Part shown: positions 47,717 through 57,752 of the stretch, piece after piece | Position numbering within the stretch: position 1 is the stretch's first letter | Layout of the letters: every line of letters begins with the position of its first letter | Assembly (NCBI GenBank): GCA_964421635.1 | Contig: CAYQWZ010000001.1 | Coordinates: 71,267-135,266, forward strand | Reading direction: 5' to 3' | Source: an uncultured Candidatus Saccharibacteria bacterium | GTDB lineage: Bacteria > Patescibacteriota > UBA1384 > CAILIB01 > JAUSJZ01 | DNA: 64,000 bases | The notes under the pieces: generated by a model | What the model was told of the DNA's origin: nothing | Databases searched by the model: none | Seen by the model: the letters and a program-made list of their open reading frames with translations, nothing else | Made by a program: the position numbers and the translations under genes

Positions 47717-49617
47717 AAATTAACTATGTCGGAAGATAGATTAAGTTTTGATGAACCAATCTTCATCTTTTCTACTGCTCGTTTCAATAATCTTGAATAT
47801 AGGACTAATCCTATAGACTCCATATTGCCATGCTGCCTTTTTCCAAGCAGTGTGCCTGCTCCACGAATTTCTAAATCTTTCAGTGCTATACTCCAGCCGT
47901 CACCAATTTTGGCTGAATCGGCAATTATCTCTAGCCGCGCTTTGGCAGTAGCTGAAATATTCTTCTCTCCTTTTAGTGGGTTATCCCCTATCACTAACAA
48001 AGCGTAAGCCTGTTTGTCGCGTCTTCCCACCCGACCTCGCAGTTGATATAAATCGGCTAAACCAAAGTTCTCTGCCCTCTCAACTATTAATGTATTGGCG
48101 TTAGGATTATCAAGACCGTTCTCTATAATTGAAGTAGTAATTAACATGTCAATTTCGCCTGAGAAAAATTGATGCATAATTCTCTCTAGCTTTTTAGATG
48201 GCGTTTGCCCATGAGCCACAGCATAGCGCAATATTTTTTTGCTAGATCTAAATTTACTGAGCATATAATGAGGCTCAACCATATCTTTTATTCGTCTTAG
48301 TGTTGAAGGCAGAGTTTGCACTCTATTGTGCACATAATAAATTTGTCCATCTCTTTTTTTCTCCCTGTCTATAGCATTGAATATCGTTTCTTTATTATAG
48401 GCAGTAACTTTTGTTTGCACTCCTTTTCTTTGCCCAGGCGCAGTTTTAATAGTACTCATATTTCTTAATCCTGAAAGTCCCATATAAAGCGTGCGCGGAA
48501 TTGGCGTCGCGGTCAGTGATAAGACATCAATTTTAGATCTTAAACTTTTAAAGTATTCCTTTTGCTTGACACCGAATCTCTGCTCTTCATCAATTATTAA
48601 TAATCCTAAATTATCAAAATTCAGTTCGCGAGAAAAAACCTTGTGCGTACCTATAATGCAGTCGTATTTGCCAGTATTGATTTTATTAATCTCTTCTTTT
48701 GTAGTTTTTGAAATACGACTCATTTTTATTATTTTGACTGGAAAGTCTTTGTATCGGTCAGACCAAACATGATAATGCTGCTCGGCTAATACAGTTGTCG
48801 GCACCAACACTAAGACCTGCTTACCACTTTCTATAACACTAGTAGCTGCACGAATGGCGACCTCTGTTTTTCCAAATCCTACATCACCAGTTAGTAACCT
48901 ATCCATTGGCTCAGGTCTTTCGCTCAAATCAACATTAATATCTGCTTGCGCCCGTACTTGGTCTTTAGTTAAAATATGGGCAAAACTTTTATTAAGCATC
49001 TTCTGCCATTTTTTTGCCTGCTGATATTTTGGTCGCTCAACTAATTTTCTTTTTGCCTGAATAATAATTAAGTTTTGTGCAATTTCATATATATCTTTCT
49101 CAATCCTTTTTTTTGTTTTGGTCCAAGCAGCTGAATGCAAACGCGTCAATCTCGGTGTCTTCTTGCCGTAATATGGCATTAGCTCTGACTCTCTTTTCTG
49201 GGGAAAATACACTTGATCGTTTCCCGCATACTCTAAACACAAGAAAGGTTTATTTCGACCACTGTATTTTTTAATCCTTCTTCCTCTATATAAAGCAATG
49301 CCAAATTGAGGATGTACTAAGTAACCATCTATATCTACAATCCCATCTTCCGTAATTAAGCGATTGTCTTTTAGTTCAATTTTATGGCGTTGGCTTTTCT
49401 TTTCTTTTATGTTCTCAAGCTGGTCGCCAAAATAATCTAGTTTTGTTACAGAATTTGTCTCCGCTGGAATAATAGTTATCTGATCTCCCTGAACATTATA
49501 TTCTCCAGCCACATCTAAAACATCTACCCTTTTGTAACCGTGATTTTTTAAATACCTGAGTAATTGGTAGTAGTTATGCTGTCCATTCTCTAATTCAATA
49601 GTTTCATAAGTTTGCAT
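47704..49617 (-). CDS. mfd: Mfd-like transcription-repair coupling factor lacking the N-terminal UvrB-homology domains (637 aa).
   Basis: CarD/RID-like 'DGYLVHPQFGIALYRG'. SF2 motifs 'GDVGFGKTEVAIRA' and 'LIIDEEQRFGV'. Confidence 0.7.
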   Translation of the reverse strand: MQTYETIELENGQHNYYQLLRYLKNHGYKRVDVLDVAGEYNVQGDQITIIPAETNSVTKLDYFGDQLENIKEKKSQRHKIELKDNRLITEDGIVDIDGYLVHPQFGIALYRGRRIKKYSGRNKPFLCLEYAGNDQVYFPQKRESELMPYYGKKTPRLTRLHSAAWTKTKKRIEKDIYEIAQNLIIIQAKRKLVERPKYQQAKKWQKMLNKSFAHILTKDQVRAQADINVDLSERPEPMDRLLTGDVGFGKTEVAIRAATSVIESGKQVLVLVPTTVLAEQHYHVWSDRYKDFPVKIIKMSRISKTTKEEINKINTGKYDCIIGTHKVFSRELNFDNLGLLIIDEEQRFGVKQKEYFKSLRSKIDVLSLTATPIPRTLYMGLSGLRNMSTIKTAPGQRKGVQTKVTAYNKETIFNAIDREKKRDGQIYYVHNRVQTLPSTLRRIKDMVEPHYMLSKFRSSKKILRYAVAHGQTPSKKLERIMHQFFSGEIDMLITTSIIENGLDNPNANTLIVERAENFGLADLYQLRGRVGRRDKQAYALLVIGDNPLKGEKNISATAKARLEIIADSAKIGDGWSIALKDLEIRGAGTLLGKRQHGNMESIGLVLYSRLLKRAVEKMKIGSSKLNLSSDIVNLWKS

Positions 49618-49689
49618 ACTATTGCATATAATATAATTTCAAATCTTGACAAACACTAATATCTTTGATTAAATATTAATGCATAAAGA

Positions 49690-49790
49690 GTCGTTTCGCC
49701 TGCCAATGCTCGCGATGTTTTTAGCCCCTCCTTTGGCATCGTAGAGTCAGTTCTCTGACTCAAGCATTGGTAGATGAAACGACTTTTTTT
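49690..49790 (+). other. About 100-nt three-way-junction RNA structure ending in a U7 tract. It is either a small ncRNA or a complex bidirectional terminator.
   Basis: Outer 21-bp imperfect stem (gtcgtttcgcctgccaatgct / agcattggtagatgaaacgac) encloses hairpins cgatg..catcg and gagtcag-ttct-ctgactc, then TTTTTTT. A TTGACA box lies at 49646. Confidence 0.4.
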
Positions 49791-49803
49791 ATTATCAAAA
49801 ATA

Positions 49804-50232
49804 TTAGAACTTTTCGACCTCAACGCCCATACTGCGAGCAGTACCAGCAATAATTTTCTTTGCTTGCTCCATATCTCTAGCACTGATATCTTCCATTTTT
49901 ATTTCAGCGATTTTTTCTATATCTTTTTGAGAAATCTTTCCGACTTTTTCAGCCTTGGGATTACCTGAACCTTTCTCTAATTTAATAGCTTCTTTTATTA
50001 AAACAGCCGCTGGCGATGATTTAACAACAAACTCAAAACTTCTATCTTTGAAGATAGTGATATCTATTGGCATAATGGTGCCCATTTGATCTTTTGTTCT
50101 TTCATTAAACTGAGTTACAAAAGCATTCATATCAATGCCATGTGGACCAAGTGCTGTACCAACAGGAGGCGCTGGAGTAGCTTTGCCACCCGGAATCTGT
50201 AACTTCAGTTGTACCATTATTTCTTTAGCCAT
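49804..50232 (-). CDS. rplK: 50S ribosomal protein L11.
   Basis: 'PPVGTALGPHGI' L11 signature. Confidence 0.9.
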   Translation of the reverse strand: MAKEIMVQLKLQIPGGKATPAPPVGTALGPHGIDMNAFVTQFNERTKDQMGTIMPIDITIFKDRSFEFVVKSSPAAVLIKEAIKLEKGSGNPKAEKVGKISQKDIEKIAEIKMEDISARDMEQAKKIIAGTARSMGVEVEKF

Positions 50233-50234
50233 AA

Positions 50235-50894
50235 TTACATCTTTTTAACCTGTAAATAATCAAGAGTTACTGGAGTCTCTCTACCAAACATTGAAACTAA
50301 TACCCTAACCTTTCCTTTCTTAGCGTCGACATCTGTAATCTTGCCTTCAAAATTCTTTAGTGCTCCATCTTCAATTCTAACCAAGTCGTCTATCTTTAAG
50401 TCAATCTCTACAGTTGGGTCTTCCACACTCATACGACGAAATATCTCGTCAAGTTCAGTCTTTGCTAACGGAGTTGGACGAACGCCAAAACCAATGAATC
50501 CAGTAACATTTGGAGTGTTTCGTACTATATACCATGAGTCATCTGTGACAACCATATCTACCAAAACATAACCGGGGAAAATTTTCTTCTCAACTGTTTT
50601 TCTTTTTCCACCTCGCATCTCTACTTGGCGCTCAATTGGTACTAAAACATCAAAGATTTTGTCACCCATACTTAGTGACTCAATGCGTTGCTTTAAACTT
50701 TCAGCTACTTGCTCTTCAAAGCCTGAATAGGTATGGATAACATACCAGTTTCTCTCCCCTGACTGACGACCAATAGAGCGTCCAATGATATTCTGCGCAT
50801 CTTCCCCTTCATCAGAAAGCTTAGCTTTTTTAGCCTTTTCTTCGGGAGTTAAAATTTTCTCCTCATCCAAGTTTTGATTTTGTTCTTCACTCAT
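50235..50894 (-). CDS. nusG: Transcription antiterminator NusG with an acidic N-terminal extension.
   Basis: 'NWYVIHTYSGFEEQV' NGN domain and a C-terminal KOW domain. Lies in the secE-nusG-rplK context. Confidence 0.85.
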   Translation of the reverse strand: MSEEQNQNLDEEKILTPEEKAKKAKLSDEGEDAQNIIGRSIGRQSGERNWYVIHTYSGFEEQVAESLKQRIESLSMGDKIFDVLVPIERQVEMRGGKRKTVEKKIFPGYVLVDMVVTDDSWYIVRNTPNVTGFIGFGVRPTPLAKTELDEIFRRMSVEDPTVEIDLKIDDLVRIEDGALKNFEGKITDVDAKKGKVRVLVSMFGRETPVTLDYLQVKKM

Positions 50895-51082
50895 TAGATT
50901 AATACTGACTTAACAATTAATTGTAATGCGAAATCGATAATTAACACAGCTACTGTAGCCATTGCTATACTCAAAATCACTACCCAAAAACTTCTTTGAA
51001 ACCGTTTCTTCGTCGGCCACTGTACCTTTTTAAATTCTGTCTTTACTCCAGTAAAGTAGGTTGTGATTGGAGATTTCTTCAT
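50894..51082 (-). CDS. secE: Preprotein translocase subunit SecE.
   Basis: 62 aa with a single C-terminal TM helix, directly upstream of nusG. Confidence 0.75.
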   Translation of the reverse strand: MKKSPITTYFTGVKTEFKKVQWPTKKRFQRSFWVVILSIAMATVAVLIIDFALQLIVKSVLI

Positions 51083-51390
51083 ACAATGTTTTGAATTTCC
51101 AGCTCTGTAATATCTTGTCTATGACCAAGCTTTCTATAATATCTTTTTTTGGGCTTGAACTTTGCCGCCGTTATCTTCTTGCTCTTGGAATGTTTAATAA
51201 CTTTAGCTTTTACTTTCGCACCTAAAACTGTAGGATTACCGACTTTTGTTTTTGAATCTTCAACGATGCTTAGGATATCTTCTATATCAAAACTATCGCC
51301 TTCTTTAACGCTAATTCGGTTAACAAAAATTTTGTCTCCTTCAGCTACTAAGTGCTGGGTTCCACCAATTTGTATTACTGCTCTTTTCAT
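51079..51390 (-). CDS. rplU: 50S ribosomal protein L21.
   Basis: 'AVIQIGGTQHLVAEGD...GAKVKAKVIKHSKSKKITAAKFKPKKRYYRKLGHRQ' is a strong match to L21. The internal ATG was chosen as the start. Confidence 0.8.
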   Translation of the reverse strand: MKRAVIQIGGTQHLVAEGDKIFVNRISVKEGDSFDIEDILSIVEDSKTKVGNPTVLGAKVKAKVIKHSKSKKITAAKFKPKKRYYRKLGHRQDITELEIQNIV

Positions 51391-51437
51391 ACCAATATAG
51401 GCTACCAAATGTAAAGAGGATTGTCTAGTCTTAAACA

Positions 51438-52556
51438 CTAATAAAAAGTTATACGCTTATAGCGAACAACCACACTTTGCACGATACCCAGAGCTGCCAT
51501 AACAGTCAACATAGAGGAACCACCGAAACTTATTAGAGGCAGTGTAATACCCGTAACTGGTAATAACTGTAAATTCATACCAACATTAATAATCAGCTGA
51601 ATAAGCATCATGGCGGCTATTCCACTACATAGAAGCATTGAAAAATCATCCTTTGCTATGGTGGCGGCGTTAATTATCCTTCCTATTAACAAACCATACA
51701 AAATAAGAACGAAAACTGAACCAACAAAACCCCAAGACTCAGCAATAGAGGCAAAGATGAAATCGGTGTGAGCAACTGGTAAAAAGTTCAATTGCGATTG
51801 ACTTCCAAAACCTAAACCTGTTCCCGAAATGCCACCAGAACCAACAGCAATAACAGCCTGTAAAACATTATATCCGGCGCCAGAAGGGTCTAAATCAGGA
51901 TTAATAAAAGTTATCACTCTCTCTCGCTGGTAATCCTTCACTAACCCTTTGAAGGGAGTGACATTGTTCCAAGCCAAAACCGCTGCTAAAGCCATTACTA
52001 ATCCGAATATAATAAACCCTAACCACTGTTTTTTTGAAATTCCAGCCGCCACCATGACCGAAAATCCGGTTAAACTTAGTACTATTGCTGAGCCTAAATC
52101 GGGCTGTGTGAGAACCATGAATACAGGAATAAGGGTGAGCAGTATTCCCATAAACAACCGCCTTGAATGAATGCGTTTTACTCTGTTTGTGAATAGGGTA
52201 GCCAAAACAAAGATGACTGCTAATTTAGCAAGCTCACTTGGCTGAAACTGAAAGAAGCCAAAATCAATCCAGCGCTGAGAACCGAAAGTGGTTTGGCCGA
52301 AAATTCTTACTAATAAAAGTGAACACAATGTGAGGACAAAGAACGGCCAAGCCCAAGATCTTATCGCTCTATAATCTATAAATGTAAAGAAGAAATAAAT
52401 TATTAATCCTAGTATTACAGAAACAAACTGTCTGATAGCCAACGATGCTCCAGTCGAAGTTAGGGTAATAGAATAGATAACTGCAATTCCTAATCCTGCT
52501 AAAAAGAGGGGCAGTAATAGTAGCCAAATATCAGCGGTTTTAAACTTTGAGAACAT
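51438..52556 (-). CDS. ftsW: SEDS-family peptidoglycan glycosyltransferase (FtsW/RodA).
   Basis: 10 TM helices, 'FQPSELAKL' and a 'VAHTDFIF' motif. Confidence 0.8.
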   Translation of the reverse strand: MFSKFKTADIWLLLLPLFLAGLGIAVIYSITLTSTGASLAIRQFVSVILGLIIYFFFTFIDYRAIRSWAWPFFVLTLCSLLLVRIFGQTTFGSQRWIDFGFFQFQPSELAKLAVIFVLATLFTNRVKRIHSRRLFMGILLTLIPVFMVLTQPDLGSAIVLSLTGFSVMVAAGISKKQWLGFIIFGLVMALAAVLAWNNVTPFKGLVKDYQRERVITFINPDLDPSGAGYNVLQAVIAVGSGGISGTGLGFGSQSQLNFLPVAHTDFIFASIAESWGFVGSVFVLILYGLLIGRIINAATIAKDDFSMLLCSGIAAMMLIQLIINVGMNLQLLPVTGITLPLISFGGSSMLTVMAALGIVQSVVVRYKRITFY

Positions 52557-55381
52557 TAGTTAATCTCAAACGAAATTGTTTTATTATCGTTTAAAGAAAT
52601 TTTTCGCTCTTTTTCGTTTTCATCAAAGCTAGCATTTAAATCTACATCTTTAGCTAATTTTGTAATTTCGACTTCAGAAAAATTTGAATTATTCATTATT
52701 TTTAGATTGGCATTTTCGCTAGGTTGTAATTTTGCACTTTTGCGTGCAGATTGAAATGCTCTAGTAATTTCACGCTCGTCTGCTTCTTCCTTTAGTTCTG
52801 GAGTTAATTTCGTATCAAGCTCAACTGCTAACTTGTCTGCCACTTTTACCTCTAATTTTTTAATGTTCGTTTCTAGCAAAATCATCTCCTGTTCATTCTG
52901 ACTGAGCTGCTCATCACTTTTTACAACCACTTTAGCTAAAGGTTGTCTGACTTTTATCTTCACCTCTTGTCTTTTAATATGGATTAATTCAACTACATCT
53001 CTCACTAAATTCATTTTGACTAAAGCTTTTTCGTTAACCTTCCGGTCTTTTGGCCAATCTGTAAGATGAACTGACTCAATATCTTTGTCATTTTTTAGTT
53101 CTTGCCAAACATGTTCCGCCATAAATGGTGTGAACGGTGAAATTATTGTGGCATAACTTTGCAGTACAGAATGAAGAGTGTTGAAAAACTCATCTGTCTT
53201 TCTCTCGCGGCTGCGCCTGATATACCATAAAGATAAATCTTGTAAAAATTCTATTATCAAACGAGAAGCAGCCGTAATATCATAGTTATCCATAGCCATA
53301 CTCACTTCCTCTGCTAACTTATCGACTAAGGATTCAACCCAAATATCAAGTTCATTCTTAGATTTTAAAGTTTTTTTGTAGCTGAATTTCTCAGGCTTAT
53401 AGGTTAAATAGAAATTTAGCACATTCATTAATAGCATCTGATTCTTTCGATAGGATGTAGTCAAATCTTTCATTGAGAAACGCTTCGTCTGGCCTGGTTG
53501 ATTCATTGAGTACATAAACAGTCTTATGGCATCCATACCAAATTCCTCCGCCGTGGCCATTGGGTCTAAAATGTTGCCTAAAGATTTACTCATCTTCTTG
53601 CCCTTATCATCGTTAATATGACCCAAGCTTATAACATTCAAATATGGAGGATTATCCTTACCCATTAACACCGCGACAGCCTGTAGAGTATAAAACCATC
53701 CGCGCGTCTGATCTATTGCTTCAGAAATATAATCAGCTGGGTAACGGCCGGCTTTGTCTTCACCTGAGGCGAAAGGCATTGCGCCTGAGTCAAACCAGAC
53801 ATCACAGATAACTCCTTCGAAATTATAATCGTTGCCATCTGAATCTTGTAAAATAACATCATCAACAAAAGGTCTATGCGGGTCAAAATCTTCCGGCACC
53901 ATAGACTTGTCTTTAGCCTGCTGTCGTAACTCTTCGACAGAGCCTACAACTATGTGCTTACCACTAGTTTTGTTAGTCCAAACAGGCAATGGTGTGCCCC
54001 AATAGCGATTTCTAGAGAATGACCAGTCACGAAGTTCTCTCAGCCACTCACCCATCCGTCCGTCTTTTAAGTGGGCTGGAATCCAGTTGATTTTTTGATT
54101 GTTAGAAATTAACTGATCTTTCAATTTGGTCATCTCAATAAACCAAGAGTCTTTGGCGTAATATAACAGTTTAGATTTACATCGCCAGCAGAAAGGATAA
54201 CTATGTTTGTACTGTTCTTGCTTGAAAAGCAATCCTTTTTCTTTCAAGGCCGCAATTATTTGGTCTGTTGATTCATGTACATCAAGGCCCGCGAATTCCT
54301 TTACAATTGTCAAGAACTTGCCATCTTCGCCGACTGTATGAATGCGCGGTAAATCTTGAGCTTTAGCGGCTTCGTAATCATCTACTCCATACATAGCAGC
54401 AGTGTGTACAACTCCCGTACCTTCTTCCGTGGTTACAAAATCGGCCGTAATTATTTGGTGAACATTTTTTGCCTTAACTAATTTATCAACACTAAATAAA
54501 GATTTATATGTTTTGCCAATTAAATCTTGGGCCACTAATTTTTCTAAACTTTCAACTTCTTTTCCTTTAAAGACAGACTCAACAAGCTCGGTCGCCAATA
54601 TATATTTAGCTCCCTCGCTTTCAACTTTACTGTACTCAATATCACGACTTACCGCTAAAGCCACATTTCCGGGTAAAGTCCACGGAGTAGTAGTCCAAGC
54701 CAAAATAAAAGTGCCCGGCTCATCTTTTAATTCAAATTTTACCGTAACAGTTTTATCGACGATGTCTTGATACTCCTGCGCTACTTCGTGAGTTGAAAGG
54801 GGAGTTCCGCAACGCGCGCAGTAGGGAACAACTTTATGCGATTTTGCAAGTAATCCTTGCTCATTAACCTTTTTGATTATTCCCCAAAGTTCTTCTATGT
54901 ATTCTTTTTCGTATGTAATATAAGGATTTTCTAAGTCTAGCCAGTAGCCCATTCTAGATGTGAACTCTTCCCAATCCTTAATATTTTTCCAAACATTTTC
55001 ACGACATTTTTTATTAAAAAGTTTGATGCTCTCTTTGACATCTCCTTTTACTAAGTTCTCAATATCTTGCTTATTTTTTAAACCAAGTTTTTTCTCTACT
55101 TGCACTTCAACGGGTAATCCGTGGGTGTCCCAGCCAGCTCGACGATTAACCTGCTTTCCCTGCAAAGTTTGATAACGAGCTATAACATCTTTATAAGCTC
55201 GCGAAATCATATGATGAATTCCCGCTTTGGCGTTTGCGGTTGGGGGACCCTCATAAAAAACAAATTGTTCAGCGCCTTGTCGGTTATTTACAGATTTTTC
55301 AAATATTTTATTCTTTTGCCAAAAATCTAAAACCTTGAGTTCTGCTTCCACTACTTGATTGTTTTTGTTATCCTTATTCAT
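52556..55381 (-). CDS. ileS: Isoleucyl-tRNA synthetase.
   Basis: 'PPTANAKAGIHH', 'KMSKSLGN' and a 941-aa class I editing aaRS. Confidence 0.9.
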   Translation of the reverse strand: MNKDNKNNQVVEAELKVLDFWQKNKIFEKSVNNRQGAEQFVFYEGPPTANAKAGIHHMISRAYKDVIARYQTLQGKQVNRRAGWDTHGLPVEVQVEKKLGLKNKQDIENLVKGDVKESIKLFNKKCRENVWKNIKDWEEFTSRMGYWLDLENPYITYEKEYIEELWGIIKKVNEQGLLAKSHKVVPYCARCGTPLSTHEVAQEYQDIVDKTVTVKFELKDEPGTFILAWTTTPWTLPGNVALAVSRDIEYSKVESEGAKYILATELVESVFKGKEVESLEKLVAQDLIGKTYKSLFSVDKLVKAKNVHQIITADFVTTEEGTGVVHTAAMYGVDDYEAAKAQDLPRIHTVGEDGKFLTIVKEFAGLDVHESTDQIIAALKEKGLLFKQEQYKHSYPFCWRCKSKLLYYAKDSWFIEMTKLKDQLISNNQKINWIPAHLKDGRMGEWLRELRDWSFSRNRYWGTPLPVWTNKTSGKHIVVGSVEELRQQAKDKSMVPEDFDPHRPFVDDVILQDSDGNDYNFEGVICDVWFDSGAMPFASGEDKAGRYPADYISEAIDQTRGWFYTLQAVAVLMGKDNPPYLNVISLGHINDDKGKKMSKSLGNILDPMATAEEFGMDAIRLFMYSMNQPGQTKRFSMKDLTTSYRKNQMLLMNVLNFYLTYKPEKFSYKKTLKSKNELDIWVESLVDKLAEEVSMAMDNYDITAASRLIIEFLQDLSLWYIRRSRERKTDEFFNTLHSVLQSYATIISPFTPFMAEHVWQELKNDKDIESVHLTDWPKDRKVNEKALVKMNLVRDVVELIHIKRQEVKIKVRQPLAKVVVKSDEQLSQNEQEMILLETNIKKLEVKVADKLAVELDTKLTPELKEEADEREITRAFQSARKSAKLQPSENANLKIMNNSNFSEVEITKLAKDVDLNASFDENEKERKISLNDNKTISFEIN

Positions 55382-55592
55382 CTATTTCGAAATATTTTAT
55401 TTTACTTCCCTCTCCCCTTTTTAACCAAATTTTGCTTTTAGGAATATCTAGATAGTCAGCTAAAAGAGCCTGCACTGCTCTATTGGCTTCATTGTTTTTG
55501 GGCTTAGCAGTAGTTTGTACAAAAAATTGATTGTCAGCAATCTGTTCAACTAAATTCTGTTTTGAGTTTGGTCTGACCTTTACCTCAAGCAT
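55374..55592 (-). CDS. DUF167 (YggU-like) small protein.
   Basis: 72 aa with the 'ANRAVQALLADYLDIPKSKIWLKRGEGSKIKYFEI' family pattern. Confidence 0.5.
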   Translation of the reverse strand: MLEVKVRPNSKQNLVEQIADNQFFVQTTAKPKNNEANRAVQALLADYLDIPKSKIWLKRGEGSKIKYFEIDE

Positions 55593-55992
55593 TATCTAAA
55601 GCCTCGTTTACAAGAGCATCTGCATCTTTATTCTTTTCTCTCTTCACATGTTTGAAACTAGTTTTAATATTTAATAGGTTCAAACAATTCTCAACATTCA
55701 TCTTAATTACTGCCAAATTTTTGTCTTTTACTTTATATTCACCCTTCATCTGTTTGACAACCAGCTCACTGTCTAGGACAAACTCCACTTCATCTTTACT
55801 CTTTACCTTTCCTTCTAATAAATGACAGGCAAAAAGTAGTGCTCTATATTCGGCTTGATTATTAGTAGCAATACCAATAAATCGTTTCTTTTTTTCAATT
55901 TTACCATCACCTTGCGTAATGACTACGCCAATTGCCGCTGGCCCAGGATTTCCCCTTGAACCACCATCTGTATTGATAATTATTTTCGCCAT
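55585..55992 (-). CDS. rnhA: Ribonuclease H-like (RNase HI family).
   Basis: 'INTDGGSRGNPGPAA', 'AEYRAL' and 'NKDADALVNEALD'. Confidence 0.75.
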   Translation of the reverse strand: MAKIIINTDGGSRGNPGPAAIGVVITQGDGKIEKKKRFIGIATNNQAEYRALLFACHLLEGKVKSKDEVEFVLDSELVVKQMKGEYKVKDKNLAVIKMNVENCLNLLNIKTSFKHVKREKNKDADALVNEALDNA

Positions 55993-56031
55993 TACTCTGT
56001 TAATTTACTCTGTTTAACCAATTTTCTCAAG

Positions 56032-56838
56032 CTAGAAAGGCAGGTAGAGCCTATCGGTTACTTCTTCTGCTTCCTCACTGAATCCTTCGTCAGAACGCCA
56101 GCGCAAATCATCTCTGTATAAAATTACGGCGTCTGTAACAGCATTAGCCACCTGCCACTGATACTCTTCATCTATGATGCGAGTCCGCTCCGCATCGTTA
56201 GAAATAAACCCCGGTAAAATTACTATTGTTGGCGCATCTATTACAAAAGCAGAATTACGAGTAAAGACTCCCCTACTAGTAACATCAAAGCTATTTAATC
56301 TTTCTGTTAGGGCAGTTTCCAATTCTCGAGAGAAAGCGACTCTTTGCTTATAGTTTTGGGACCAATCAACTTTTTTATAATCAATTATCTCAAAACCCGT
56401 ATACAGCGGATCATTATAATATTCATTAATATATATAGCTATCGACAAATCTGCACCAATCTGTTCAGCCTTCTCTTTTCGCTCTAGCGCATTCACAAAC
56501 ACATCACTCTGCCTTGATAATATTGAATTGACACCCTCTTTCGTCAAAGCTCTCTGCACCGCCTCAGCAATAGTAAGATTTAAATCTTTACCAACTATCT
56601 CAGGGCTTTTACTATTTTGCGGGTACACCGCTCCTAGCTCATCTCCCCCATCTCCAGGATGAATAAAGACTATAAAGTTCTCATCGACAGTGGGTGCTTC
56701 GACTTTTGGCTCCGATACTTTTCTCTCACCCCTCGGCCAAAATATTATTACAATTAAAAATATTACTGCGTAAACAATTATCTTTTGTCTTCGCTTCTTC
56801 TGTTGCAGCTGAATACTTCGCCAACTTCTCAATGCCAT
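56032..56838 (-). CDS. Membrane-anchored N-acetylmuramoyl-L-alanine amidase-like (Amidase_3-like) cell-wall hydrolase.
   Basis: N-terminal TM. 'FIHPGDGGDELGAVY...ADLSIAIYINEY' resembles the Amidase_3 pattern. Confidence 0.4.
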   Translation of the reverse strand: MALRSWRSIQLQQKKRRQKIIVYAVIFLIVIIFWPRGERKVSEPKVEAPTVDENFIVFIHPGDGGDELGAVYPQNSKSPEIVGKDLNLTIAEAVQRALTKEGVNSILSRQSDVFVNALERKEKAEQIGADLSIAIYINEYYNDPLYTGFEIIDYKKVDWSQNYKQRVAFSRELETALTERLNSFDVTSRGVFTRNSAFVIDAPTIVILPGFISNDAERTRIIDEEYQWQVANAVTDAVILYRDDLRWRSDEGFSEEAEEVTDRLYLPF

Positions 56839-57752
56839 TAAATAATTTTAAGCACTCTCATTTTAGCACTACGGGAGCGCACATTACTAGACACCTCAAT
56901 ATCTCCTGCAACAATAATCTTTTTATTTAATAAAACCGCAATTGGCTTTTCATAAGTTCCATCCTCCAAACTCTTCTTTATACAATAATTTTTAAAAGAT
57001 CTTTTTACTAATCTATCTTCAAGGGAATGAAAGCTGATAATAGCCACTACACAACCTTTTGGCAACTTCGGCACCTCATCATCTAAAAATAACTTCAGCT
57101 CATCTAGCTCTTTATTGACTGCAATTCTTAGCGCTTGAAATGTTTTAGTAGCCGGATTAATCTTACTTTTCTTTCTAGGTATAGGTACCACTCTCTCAAC
57201 AATCTCTCTTAATTCTTTTGTTGTTTTTATTCGATGATCTCTCCTAATATCTAACACTCTATTAACAATTCGTTTAGCAAACCTCTCTTCTCCATATTTT
57301 TTTAAAATTCTCTCTAACTCAATTTTATTACATCCATTAATTATATCGGCAGCTGAAAGCAGAGATAAATCTGTTTGATCATAGCGCATATCTAGCGGTC
57401 CATCTTTCATAAAGGATAATCCTTTTTGGGCATCGGACATTTGGTCTGAGGAGTAGCCCAGATCTAAAAGCACCATAGAAACATCTTTCAGTTTATCTTT
57501 GGCGATAATTTTTAAATCGGCGTACGAGCCAACCCAGAACTCCGTTCGTTCTTTGTATTTTTTTAAGCGATCTTTGGCTCTGTCAACTGCATCGGGATCT
57601 CGATCAATACCAATAACTTTAAGTTTGCTTTGTTTTAGAACTTCTAAGCTGTGTCCACCCGAACCTAAAGTACCATCAACAAAAATTCCGCCCCGAGACA
57701 GAAATGATAATACTTCTTCAAGCAAAACTGGCTGATGAACAATCTTACTCAT
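56838..57752 (-). CDS. rsmH: 16S rRNA (cytosine1402-N4)-methyltransferase RsmH (MraW).
   Basis: 'HQPVLLEEVLSFL...GIFVDGTLGSGGHS'. Confidence 0.9.
   Translation of the reverse strand: MSKIVHQPVLLEEVLSFLSRGGIFVDGTLGSGGHSLEVLKQSKLKVIGIDRDPDAVDRAKDRLKKYKERTEFWVGSYADLKIIAKDKLKDVSMVLLDLGYSSDQMSDAQKGLSFMKDGPLDMRYDQTDLSLLSAADIINGCNKIELERILKKYGEERFAKRIVNRVLDIRRDHRIKTTKELREIVERVVPIPRKKSKINPATKTFQALRIAVNKELDELKLFLDDEVPKLPKGCVVAIISFHSLEDRLVKRSFKNYCIKKSLEDGTYEKPIAVLLNKKIIVAGDIEVSSNVRSRSAKMRVLKII

Noticed and set aside
49656-49883. 75-aa minus-strand ORF between rplK and mfd.
   Set aside because: It overlaps the structured RNA/terminator element and the rplK 3' end. It is hydrophilic and odd, with no RBS.
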